Origin: Lachnospiraceae bacterium
GTDB taxonomy: Bacteria; Bacillota_I; Bacilli_A; RFN20; CAG-826
NCBI GenBank assembly: GCA_963643725.1
Contig: CAVILR010000001.1
Coordinates: 19,232-83,231, forward strand
Length of the DNA: 64,000 nucleotides
Direction of reading: 5' to 3'
In this document: positions 31,487-39,907 of the stretch, in pieces
How the letters are laid out: each line of letters starts with the position of its first letter
Position numbering within the stretch: the first letter of the stretch is position 1
The notes under the pieces: model-generated
What the model was told of the DNA's origin: nothing
The model's database searches: none
The model's input: the letters and a program-made list of their open reading frames with translations, nothing else
Position numbers and translations under genes: made by a program

Positions 31487-32635
31487 ATGGCGGAAATTAG
31501 CAAGATTAGACGTTGCTATAGTTGCGGTGTCATTCTTCAAAGCGAAGATCCTAATAAGGAAGGTTATGTAATTAAAGAAGTGTTGGAAAATGCTTCGCAA
31601 AATTTTATTTTCTGCAATGAATGCTTTGAAAAAGAGCGTTATCGCATACCTGTCAACGAACCACCAATTAATCCTGAAGTATTGCAAATAATCAATGATG
31701 GTAAGTCGAAAGATGCCTTATTTGTTTACGTCGTTAACCTCTTCTCTTTTGAGGCGGCGTTTAACACTGAACTTTCCAACGTTTTAAAAGGCACCCGCAT
31801 TTTAGTTGTTGGAAATAAATTCGATTTATTACCTGTTGGTACAGATAAAGAATTGATATGCGAATACGTCGCTCATCGCTTCCGAGTCGCTGGACTATCT
31901 TTAAAAGCTAGCGATGTCATTTTAACAAATTCTTTCGATGATAAGCTTACTAAAGAAGTGATGACAAGAATTTATGAGCTCAAGGAAGGCAAAAATGTTT
32001 ATATTGTCGGAAGCCAATTATCAGGAAGGAATACTTTGATATCTTCATTCTTGAAAATATTTAAAAACATTTCGCACGGAAATATTGTCACTGAACCTTA
32101 TCCTAATACGAAAATTGATATTTTAAAGATTCCTTTTAACGCCAAAACTGCGATCTATAGTTTGCCAGGTATCGGTTTAGAGAATTCAATACTTTACAAT
32201 TTAGATCGTGCGACATTAAGAGAAATATATTTGACTAAACCAGTTAAACCTCGCGATATATCTTTATCCGTCAAACAATGCTTATTTATCGGCGGATTAG
32301 CCTTTATTGAACTCCTCGAAGGTAAAAGAACCTTGTTTACTGCCTATTTTCATAGCCATGTAGCCTTAAAAAAGACGCATTTATCAAATAAAAATATTGA
32401 TGAACGCTTTATTCAATTAGTTAATAAGAAGGCATTAAAACCATCATATTCTCATCTTATTAGCGTTAAAGATTTAGATGTTTATGAACTAACTATTACC
32501 GAATCTGGATTAAGAGATATCGGCATTATGGGTTTAGGTTGGATTTCATTTGTCGCGAACAATCAAAAGATTCGCGTTTATGTTCCTAAAGGTGTTTCAA
32601 TATATCAAACGCGCGCGAAAATAAATAGAAAATAA
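31487..32635 (+). CDS. yqeH: Ribosome-biogenesis GTPase YqeH (circularly permuted)
   Basis: N-terminal CYSCG...CNEC zinc finger, and NKFDL preceding the G1-like GSQLSGRNT. Confidence 0.82.
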   Translation: MAEISKIRRCYSCGVILQSEDPNKEGYVIKEVLENASQNFIFCNECFEKERYRIPVNEPPINPEVLQIINDGKSKDALFVYVVNLFSFEAAFNTELSNVLKGTRILVVGNKFDLLPVGTDKELICEYVAHRFRVAGLSLKASDVILTNSFDDKLTKEVMTRIYELKEGKNVYIVGSQLSGRNTLISSFLKIFKNISHGNIVTEPYPNTKIDILKIPFNAKTAIYSLPGIGLENSILYNLDRATLREIYLTKPVKPRDISLSVKQCLFIGGLAFIELLEGKRTLFTAYFHSHVALKKTHLSNKNIDERFIQLVNKKALKPSYSHLISVKDLDVYELTITESGLRDIGIMGLGWISFVANNQKIRVYVPKGVSIYQTRAKINRK

Positions 32636-32636
32636 A

Positions 32637-33746
32637 ATGGCTAATTTCATTTTGTTCGGTGGAACATTTGATCCTATTCATAATGGGCATATTCGCATTG
32701 CTCTTGAAGCATCTTTAAGGTTGAACGCTAATGTGATTTTCATTCCGGCGAAATCTCCTAGATGGAAAACACCTTTAACTTCTGTTAAAGACCGTTTAGC
32801 TATGCTAAAGCTCGCTTTGAAATATTGTCCAAGTGGATCAACCATCGATGAATATGAACTTACTAGTGATGCAGATATCAATTACACAATCGATACAGTA
32901 CGCCATTTTAAAGCTAAATATCCTAACGATAAATTGTATTTAATCATCGGCGGTGATCAGGTCAATCTTTTTCCAAATTGGAAAAATGCTGAAGAAATAG
33001 CTAAAAATGTAACAGTTTTATTTGTTTCTCGTCCAGATGTTGATATCGACGAAAACATTGTAAAAACATACAATATGCTCAATTTAAGATTCGATGGAAG
33101 TGGGGAAGTTAGCTCTACAAAAGTGCGTAATCTCGAATCGTTAGACATTCCTAAAGAGGTTTTACTCTACATTGAAAAGAATAGATTATATTTCGCTGCT
33201 AAAATGGAAAAAATGCTCGATGAACATCGACTTAATCATTCTTTTGAAGTTGCAAATCTAAGCTATAGCATCGCTAAAGCGAATCGTCTAAATAATCCAG
33301 ATAAATATTATATTGCTGGTTTGTTGCACGATTTGGGTAAGACCACGACTATCTCTTATGATGATATTTTGAATATAATGCACAAAAATTACGCTGAATA
33401 TTTATTGTTACCATCTTTTAGTTATCATCAGTTTATAGGCGAATATTTAGCTAGGAAATATTTTAATATCGCTGATGAAGATATTCTAAAGGCGATTAAA
33501 TTTCATTGCACCGGCAATAAAGATATGTCGCCATTAGCGATGGTCGTTTATTCAAGTGATAAGATTGAACCTACGAGAGGTTTTGATTCGACGTTTCTAA
33601 TATCTTCGTGTATGAAGAATTATAAGCAAGGCTTTATCGACACGCTTATCGATAACAAGAAATATTTATTAAATCACAATAAAGATATACTTAATCCTCT
33701 AACGGATGCGTGTTTTAAAATGTATTTACCAAAGGAGACTTTATGA
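32637..33746 (+). CDS. nadD-yqeK: Fusion of nicotinate-nucleotide adenylyltransferase NadD and HD-domain hydrolase YqeK
   Basis: N-terminal GGTFDPIHNGH (aa 1 to about 190) and C-terminal HD domain (HSFEVA...GLLHDLGK). No internal stop or SD. Confidence 0.88.
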   Translation: MANFILFGGTFDPIHNGHIRIALEASLRLNANVIFIPAKSPRWKTPLTSVKDRLAMLKLALKYCPSGSTIDEYELTSDADINYTIDTVRHFKAKYPNDKLYLIIGGDQVNLFPNWKNAEEIAKNVTVLFVSRPDVDIDENIVKTYNMLNLRFDGSGEVSSTKVRNLESLDIPKEVLLYIEKNRLYFAAKMEKMLDEHRLNHSFEVANLSYSIAKANRLNNPDKYYIAGLLHDLGKTTTISYDDILNIMHKNYAEYLLLPSFSYHQFIGEYLARKYFNIADEDILKAIKFHCTGNKDMSPLAMVVYSSDKIEPTRGFDSTFLISSCMKNYKQGFIDTLIDNKKYLLNHNKDILNPLTDACFKMYLPKETL

Positions 33747-34066
33747 GAAAAGACAAAGTAGTTAACTTAGCCGAGAAAGTTTTAAAAGAACATAAGGCAG
33801 AAAATGTTGAGACAATTGATGTAAGCGAGAGAACGCCATTTGCAAATTATTATGTTTTAGCAACTGCCGCCAACGCGCGACATCTTGGAGCCTTAAAAGA
33901 GATTGTTGAAGAGGAATTAGAAAAGAACAAAATTGCGATAAATCACATTGAAGGCAAGAGCCAATCCGGTTGGATTTTGATTGACGCCTATCATGTGATC
34001 ATTAATATTTTTAGCAAAGAAGAAAGAGACAGACTTAACATATCTGAACTATTAAATCGTAAGTAG
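33743..34066 (+). CDS. rsfS: Ribosomal silencing factor RsfS
   Basis: 107 aa, ANYYVLATA...GWILIDAYHVIINIF pattern, and synteny after nadD/yqeK. Confidence 0.88.
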   Translation: MRKDKVVNLAEKVLKEHKAENVETIDVSERTPFANYYVLATAANARHLGALKEIVEEELEKNKIAINHIEGKSQSGWILIDAYHVIINIFSKEERDRLNISELLNRK

Positions 34067-34085
34067 TAGAAGAAATTTAATAATT

Positions 34086-34112
34086 AAGACGAGCTTAAAT
34101 GTGCTCGTTTTT
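34086..34112 (+). terminator. Rho-independent terminator after rsfS
   Basis: ACGAGC-ttaaatgt-GCTCGT hairpin followed by TTTTT. Confidence 0.75.
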
Positions 34113-34141
34113 AATTTAGGCTAATTTTGGTGAAATGGATA

Positions 34142-34169
34142 ACTTCGCATAATAGATATTATGTTAACC
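34142..34169. other. dif: Chromosome dimer resolution site dif (XerC arm, 6-bp spacer, XerD arm)
   Basis: ACTTCGCATAA-TAGATA-TTATGTTAACC. By hand alignment it matches 21/28 of E. coli dif and 22/28 of B. subtilis dif, both recalled from memory. It is non-coding, lies at the + to - gene-orientation switch, and xerD is 3.6 kb away. Confidence 0.75.
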
Positions 34170-34341
34170 AAAGCATAATAAAATAAGATTATATCGACAT
34201 TTTAATGTTTTGATGATTTTGACGTTAAACATCTATCCGCGGCTAAAAAGTAAGTTATCCACTAAAAAACGGTGTATAAAAACTACTAATAAACAACTAA
34301 TTTACCATTGCCGATGATGTTGTATTATACTATTAACATTC

Positions 34342-34812
34342 ATGATTTCATCCACCGGCGTCTTCGTTTCCTTATTAATCACATTGCTTATTTTCCCACG
34401 GTTAATTTACTTTGCCCTCGTCAATAAGCGTTCATACGATAACTCACTTTTTGAAGGATATAATTTATTCTTCTTTATCGCCTCAATTGTCTTTGCCCTT
34501 TCCTCTAGTCTCATCGCTTTATTCTTATCAGATGACTTTCTTAATCTCGGCATCTTTATTGTTTGGATGTTCATTCTAGGTTTGGCACTTTCTTTATATC
34601 TTTTATTTTGGTCGGTGTTTATTATGCGCGGGGCTAATCCAAAATATCAGTTTAAAAAAATCATCGTTCCTTTTCCGCTTACTTGCTTAGAAACGATGTC
34701 GCTAATTTTAACGAGTGTTTTTACGATGAATTATTATTTGCTTTTCTCTTCAGTCGCTTATGCTATATTCGCTTATTTATGGAATATTCAAGGTTATCGA
34801 CTAGACAAATAA
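34342..34812 (+). CDS. Hypothetical polytopic membrane protein (156 aa)
   Basis: Four to five hydrophobic helices. There is no SD and no recognisable family. It abuts the convergent permease gene with zero spacing. Confidence 0.55.
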   Translation: MISSTGVFVSLLITLLIFPRLIYFALVNKRSYDNSLFEGYNLFFFIASIVFALSSSLIALFLSDDFLNLGIFIVWMFILGLALSLYLLFWSVFIMRGANPKYQFKKIIVPFPLTCLETMSLILTSVFTMNYYLLFSSVAYAIFAYLWNIQGYRLDK

Positions 34813-35583
34813 CTAAAGCGATTTTTTGAGTTTGTTTTTCGCAAAATAAATAGCAATATCGAATAATCCGATGATTATAATGGCGATTAATGAATAGGCC
34901 ATAATGCTTTGCATATCGACGATTATTGAAGCATCTCGAATTAATTTGCCTAAGCCATCACTAGAACCGCTTCCGGCTAATATTTCGCTCATTATTGAAA
35001 CCTTCATGCCTAAACCAATGCTTGAGGCGATACCTAAAACAATATAGTTACTAGATAATGGTAAATAAAATTTAAAGACCGCTTTTAAGGGCTTGGCTCC
35101 ATCTACTTTTAAGGCGTTTATTAAATAGGGATCAATATTATTAAATCCGGTTACTACGCTTTCATAGATTAATGGGAATGTAATAAGAAATACGACGATA
35201 ATCGGTGCATATTTTGGCTTTAATAAGGCGATTAAGATAAAAATAACCGCGGCTGTTGGAATAGTTTTAAGCACGACGATAAAAGGTTTAAAGAATGTAT
35301 AGAAATTATGAGACAATCCTCCTAATATACCGAATATCAATCCAATAACTGTGCTTAAAAGTATTGCTATAAATAGTCTTAACAATGTCGCTCCTATAGC
35401 TTTATAAAGTGATAAATCACTTAATAGAGATAAAAATAAAGGGATAACCTTTTCTGGTCCAGGGAATAATGAAGTTTTTGCTATTAGAGCAATTAAGTAC
35501 CAAAGAAAAAAGACTCCTATAATTCCTAGAAGCGAATAAATCAATATTCGATGTTGAAGATAGAAGTCTTTTAATTTGCTCAT
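34813..35583 (-). CDS. ABC importer permease (NitT/TauT/ThiX-like binding-protein-dependent family)
   Basis: About six TM helices with a conserved cytoplasmic loop region (LNALKVDGAKPLKAVFKFYLP). Its start overlaps the stop of the binding-protein gene (ATGA). Confidence 0.8.
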   Translation of the reverse strand: MSKLKDFYLQHRILIYSLLGIIGVFFLWYLIALIAKTSLFPGPEKVIPLFLSLLSDLSLYKAIGATLLRLFIAILLSTVIGLIFGILGGLSHNFYTFFKPFIVVLKTIPTAAVIFILIALLKPKYAPIIVVFLITFPLIYESVVTGFNNIDPYLINALKVDGAKPLKAVFKFYLPLSSNYIVLGIASSIGLGMKVSIMSEILAGSGSSDGLGKLIRDASIIVDMQSIMAYSLIAIIIIGLFDIAIYFAKNKLKKSL

Positions 35584-36557
35584 AATGATGCAAAATAGTC
35601 ATCGCTATATGTCGGTTGACCTAACTTTTCTAAAAACGCATTAACATCAACTTTTTTGGACGGAGATAATAACCCAAACCCATTTTTGTTATTGCCTTGC
35701 ACCGCTTTTACGGTGTTGGCGTTAAAGCCAAAACGCGATGCTTGTTCAGTTAATGTGTTGTTGGCGTTCATTGTATCAGCGACTGAATTCGGGTCGTCAA
35801 TTGCAATTTGTATTGATGAATTCATATGGACAACAAAATCCGTTAATTTCGCTTTTTTGTGTTCCAAGGCATTTTTATGAACAAATAAGCCCGCTTGCGC
35901 TAGACCATCTTGTCCAGAATAATTCTTCCATTCATCGCGGATATTTCTAACGATATGTACTTTTCCGTATGTATCCGCCTCTTTATTGTTCATAACTGAG
36001 GTTAGAACAGGTTCAGCGATAAAGACATAATCAACTTCTTTATTGTTGAATTTGCCAGTTGACAAAACTGCGCCGGCATCTTTTACACCGCCATCGCCGA
36101 CATATTCGACATTAGTTTTGATTTTCCAATAATCATCGCAGAGACGATTGTAAACAAGATCGGGAATATTGCCCTCGCCAAAGGAAACCACCACATCATC
36201 TTCATCTGGCAATTCGTAATTTCCATTAGCGTCTGCATCTTTATCGATGCTCACTAAATAGAAATTGCCAGCAGTGATTATCTTGAGCAATTTATAATCT
36301 GCGTTATTCTTTTTTATACTCGCTAAGCCGGTTACTGAATCAAAAATAATGCAGTCGTAGTCGCTTTTTTGTAGTTCGGCTGCGACAAGTGATGGCATTG
36401 AAAACGTTGAATAATTCTCGTTAACGCCTTGATCATAGAAAGCTAAGGCAGGCGCTCCTGTTGGTGAGATAAATTTAATTTCAGATGTGTCTTCGTTTTG
36501 ACCGCAGCTAGACAAAAGCAATAATGTTGCTGGCAGTAAAATTAATTTTTTAATCAT
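35580..36557 (-). CDS. Lipoprotein, putative ABC substrate-binding protein
   Basis: Signal peptide with lipobox LLLSSCG, about 300 aa of soluble alpha/beta-type sequence, translationally coupled to the permease. Confidence 0.7.
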   Translation of the reverse strand: MIKKLILLPATLLLLSSCGQNEDTSEIKFISPTGAPALAFYDQGVNENYSTFSMPSLVAAELQKSDYDCIIFDSVTGLASIKKNNADYKLLKIITAGNFYLVSIDKDADANGNYELPDEDDVVVSFGEGNIPDLVYNRLCDDYWKIKTNVEYVGDGGVKDAGAVLSTGKFNNKEVDYVFIAEPVLTSVMNNKEADTYGKVHIVRNIRDEWKNYSGQDGLAQAGLFVHKNALEHKKAKLTDFVVHMNSSIQIAIDDPNSVADTMNANNTLTEQASRFGFNANTVKAVQGNNKNGFGLLSPSKKVDVNAFLEKLGQPTYSDDYFASL

Positions 36558-37746
36558 TTAATAACTCCTCGATTACCTTTCCAATTTGATTTGGACTCTT
36601 TTCTAATGAAAAGTTTTTCAATATAGTCGCACCGATATCTGCAAATGAGTCGCGTTCATCAAGATATCTGCCATGAGTGAAAGACTTTGAATAACAAAGT
36701 AACGGGACTTTCTCTCTTGTGTGATCCGTCCCGGTGTGCGTTGGGTCATTTCCGTGATCGGCGGTTACCATCAATAAATCATCATCATTTAAGACTTTTA
36801 TCAATTCGCCTAATCGAACATCGAATTCTTCCAATGCTTTACCATAGCCTAATGGATTCCTTCGGTGACCATATTCTGAATCGAATTCTACTAAGTTGAC
36901 ATAGCATAGACCAGTAAAATCATGGTTTTTCGCCTCATCAATAGTTTTATCCATGCCATCCATGTTGCTAATTGTCTTTTGCGTTTTGACAACACCTACT
37001 TGATTGAATATATCGCCTATTTTTCCTACGCAAGAAACCATGTAATTATTGTCTTGGAGAATATTCATAACTGTAGTTCCACTTGGCGAAACAGCTAAAT
37101 CATGGCGATTTGGTGTTCGTTTAAAGTTGGTTGAATTTGTTCCAATATATGGACGAGCGATTATTCTGCCGACAAAATATTCAGGTTTCATGCATATTTC
37201 TCGAGCAATTTCGCAGCATCTATACAATTCTTTAACTCCGGTAACCTCTTCATGAGCAGCGATTTGGAGCACGCTATCGGCGGAGGTGTAGACGATGAGC
37301 GAATTATCGCGCATTTGTTCTTCTCCGAGCTCTTTTAGTATCTCAGTTCCGCTCGCAGCTTTATTGCCGATTACTTTATGACCTGTTTCTTTTTCTAATT
37401 CATCGATTAATGATTTTGGAAACCCGGTGTCAGTGAATGTTTGAAATGGTTTGGTCGTGTAAATTCCCATCATTTCCCAATGGCCAGTCATCGTATCTTT
37501 GCCAGCGCTAGCTTCTTTAAGGCGCATGCAATATGCGTTTGGATGATCGACTTTGCTAGTTCCTTTAATTGGAGCTAAATCTCCTAGACCTAAAGAGTTC
37601 ATATTTGGAACATTTAGACCACCGCATCGTTCGGCTGTGTGAACAAATGTATTAGTGCCTTTATCGCCGAATTTATCGGCATCTGGCATTTCTCCGATGC
37701 CAACTGAATCGGTGACGATGACAAATATTCTTTTAAATTTTTTCAT
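36550..37746 (-). CDS. deoB: Phosphopentomutase
   Basis: TDSVGIGEMPDA N-terminus and the TADHGNDPTHTGTDHTRE metal site. Synteny with xerD as in B. subtilis ripX-drm. Confidence 0.93.
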   Translation of the reverse strand: MKKFKRIFVIVTDSVGIGEMPDADKFGDKGTNTFVHTAERCGGLNVPNMNSLGLGDLAPIKGTSKVDHPNAYCMRLKEASAGKDTMTGHWEMMGIYTTKPFQTFTDTGFPKSLIDELEKETGHKVIGNKAASGTEILKELGEEQMRDNSLIVYTSADSVLQIAAHEEVTGVKELYRCCEIAREICMKPEYFVGRIIARPYIGTNSTNFKRTPNRHDLAVSPSGTTVMNILQDNNYMVSCVGKIGDIFNQVGVVKTQKTISNMDGMDKTIDEAKNHDFTGLCYVNLVEFDSEYGHRRNPLGYGKALEEFDVRLGELIKVLNDDDLLMVTADHGNDPTHTGTDHTREKVPLLCYSKSFTHGRYLDERDSFADIGATILKNFSLEKSPNQIGKVIEELLND

Positions 37747-37788
37747 TTATTTTTGTGGCCTCCTTGAATGACCGATAATTATATTATC

Positions 37789-38661
37789 TTATTTTCTTTT
37801 TGCATACAAATCATAGGCATTTAAGATACGTTTTGTGGATATGTTTGTGTATATTTGAGTTGTCGCGATGTTCTCGTGTCCGAGCATTTCTTGAACTGCG
37901 CGTAATTCGGCGCCATTTTCTAACATATGCGTAGCAAAGCAGTGCCTTAATGTGTGAGGTGATATATTGCTTTGTATTCCGACCATTTCTGCATATTTTT
38001 TAATTTGCAAAAAGAAATATTGCCTCGATAGAGGGTTTCCATATCTATTGACGAAAAGATTATTGCATTTATTTTTATGCTTTTTGCGAACGGCGATGTA
38101 TTGCTTTAAATAGTCGCCGGCATATTCGCCGAAAGGCACTTTTCTTTCTTTGGCGCCTTTTCCGATTACTTGGATTATGCCTTTTTCAAAATTGATTTGC
38201 GAGATTTTAAGCGATAAAAGTTCGCTGACTCGTAGACCGGATGAATACATCGTTTCAAGCATTGCTTTATCGCGGAGGCCTTCTTCTTTTTCAATGTTTG
38301 GGGCATCTAAAAGCTTTTCTACATCTTCTATCGATAGAGCGGTTGGAAGATGCTTAACTCCTTTTGGAGTTTCTAACTTATTCAATTTTATTTTGATGAT
38401 TCCTTCTTTTTGCAAAAACAAATAAAAGTTATGAATTGATGAAAGGCGTCTAGCGATTGTCGACGATGAATGAAAATTCTTGTTCTCTAATTTGACGTAG
38501 TCAGAAATGTCGCTATCAAAAAAGTCATCTGTTGAGTGCTTATCTAAGGCTTTAAAAAAAGATTTTAAATCATAAAAATACGATTTAATCGTATCATTGC
38601 TCACACCTTTTTCGACACGAAGGTATTGAAAATATAATTCGACTGCATCATCTAATTCCAT
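37789..38661 (-). CDS. xerD: Tyrosine recombinase XerD
   Basis: HTLRHCFATHMLENGAELRAVQEMLGHENIATTQIYT is near-collinear with B. subtilis RipX as I recall it. Length is 290 aa. Confidence 0.85.
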   Translation of the reverse strand: MELDDAVELYFQYLRVEKGVSNDTIKSYFYDLKSFFKALDKHSTDDFFDSDISDYVKLENKNFHSSSTIARRLSSIHNFYLFLQKEGIIKIKLNKLETPKGVKHLPTALSIEDVEKLLDAPNIEKEEGLRDKAMLETMYSSGLRVSELLSLKISQINFEKGIIQVIGKGAKERKVPFGEYAGDYLKQYIAVRKKHKNKCNNLFVNRYGNPLSRQYFFLQIKKYAEMVGIQSNISPHTLRHCFATHMLENGAELRAVQEMLGHENIATTQIYTNISTKRILNAYDLYAKRK

Positions 38662-38662
38662 A

Positions 38663-39850
38663 TCAGTTGCCTTTAAGAGAATCGCTCGCGGTTTTAAATA
38701 CCGCTTTCTTCATTTTTCTATTTAATTCGGCGATCAATAATTTTGTCGCGCATTCATCTTTAATCGTTTCGTAATCATCGAATATCGATAATTGTACGTG
38801 AACATCGCTTGGGTCAAGAAGGTTTTGCATAGCAACACCGACAAGACGAACATATTTATTTTCATCATAATTGCTGTCGAATAATTTTATCGCTGCATCT
38901 CTAATTATATTTAAATCGTTTGTTGGTTCCTTTAATGTCAGTGAACGATTGATAGTTTTGAAACTATCATCTTTTAAGGTGATTTGAACTGTCGAGCCAA
39001 CTTTTTTGGCTTCTTTTACTCGTTCAACGACTTCGTTGACTAGATAGATAACATTATCTAAAAGTTCGTCGTAGTCGTTACTATCGTGTGATAAGGTGTG
39101 ACTGTTACCAATAGATTTTGGGTTAAAAGGTTCAGTTTCCACCACATCGCTTCCATAGCCATTAACCCAATCTTTAATCGCGTAGTAAAATTTACCTAAT
39201 TGTTCCTTCAATAATGGGTCATCGCTATCGATTCTTTTTGATAAATCACCTATTGTATTTATTCCTTTTTTTCTTAGCTCAGGAGCGGTTTTCTTACCTA
39301 TTCCATAAAAGCTTTCTATCGGTAAAGGGTCGAGCATTTTATGAACATCTTTTCTTCGGATTATCGTTAATCCCATCGGCTTTTGCATATCGCTAGCCAT
39401 TTTTGCTAAGAATTTGGTTGGGCCAACTCCGATTGAACAACGCAACTTTGTCTCCTTGAATAAACCTTGTTGAAAATCTCGAAGGTATTGTTCAACATCT
39501 TGGATATTTTTGCCTTCCTCAGAAAAATCTACATAGCATTCATCAATAGATGCTTGTTCAATTTTTGAGGCAACCTTTTTAACATAGTTAATAAATTCGT
39601 GCGATTTTTTTGAATATAGCGAGTAATCTCCGGGAATTACGATGGCTTCAGGACATAATTTAGTCGCTTGAAACATTGGCATTCCACTTCTAACACCATA
39701 TTCACGAGCTTTATATGAACACGTCGAAACGATACCACCTCGACCTTTGTGACCGATTAAAACTGCCTTATTTTCTAAAGTCGGATCTTTAATTTCTTCG
39801 CAGCGAACAAAGAAAGCGTTTAAATCGATATGTAATATAATTCTGCTCAC
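38663..39850 (-). CDS. dinB: DNA polymerase IV (Y-family)
   Basis: ILHIDLNAFF and SIDECYVD catalytic motifs. GTG start with no SD. Confidence 0.9.
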   Translation of the reverse strand: MSRIILHIDLNAFFVRCEEIKDPTLENKAVLIGHKGRGGIVSTCSYKAREYGVRSGMPMFQATKLCPEAIVIPGDYSLYSKKSHEFINYVKKVASKIEQASIDECYVDFSEEGKNIQDVEQYLRDFQQGLFKETKLRCSIGVGPTKFLAKMASDMQKPMGLTIIRRKDVHKMLDPLPIESFYGIGKKTAPELRKKGINTIGDLSKRIDSDDPLLKEQLGKFYYAIKDWVNGYGSDVVETEPFNPKSIGNSHTLSHDSNDYDELLDNVIYLVNEVVERVKEAKKVGSTVQITLKDDSFKTINRSLTLKEPTNDLNIIRDAAIKLFDSNYDENKYVRLVGVAMQNLLDPSDVHVQLSIFDDYETIKDECATKLLIAELNRKMKKAVFKTASDSLKGN

Positions 39851-39868
39851 GTTTCTATTTTATAGAAA

Positions 39869-39904
39869 GCACATAATCGATTCAATATTATGTTAACCAA
39901 GCAT
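39869..39904. repeat. dif-like direct repeat with 11-nt instead of 6-nt central region (pseudo-dif)
   Basis: GCACATAA-TCGATTCAATA-TTATGTTAACCAAGCAT here versus GCATAA-TAGATA-TTATGTTAACCAAAGCAT at 34147-34176. A 16-nt block, ATATTATGTTAACCAA, is identical in both. Confidence 0.7.
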
Positions 39905-39907
39905 GCG

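Noticed and set aside
34201-34305. A 34-codon basic ORF (MILTLNIYPRLKSKLSTKKRCIKTTNKQLIYHCR) in the dif-proximal spacer.
   Set aside because: It has no ribosome-binding site, lies in AT-rich non-coding DNA, and overlaps the repeated ACTAA motif. It is most likely fortuitous.
37789-38661. The tyrosine recombinase could be a phage or ICE integrase marking a mobile element.
   Set aside because: Its size (290 aa), the XerD/RipX-like C-terminal motif block and the conserved xerD-deoB synteny argue for the housekeeping XerD. No phage, conjugation or transposase genes flank it.
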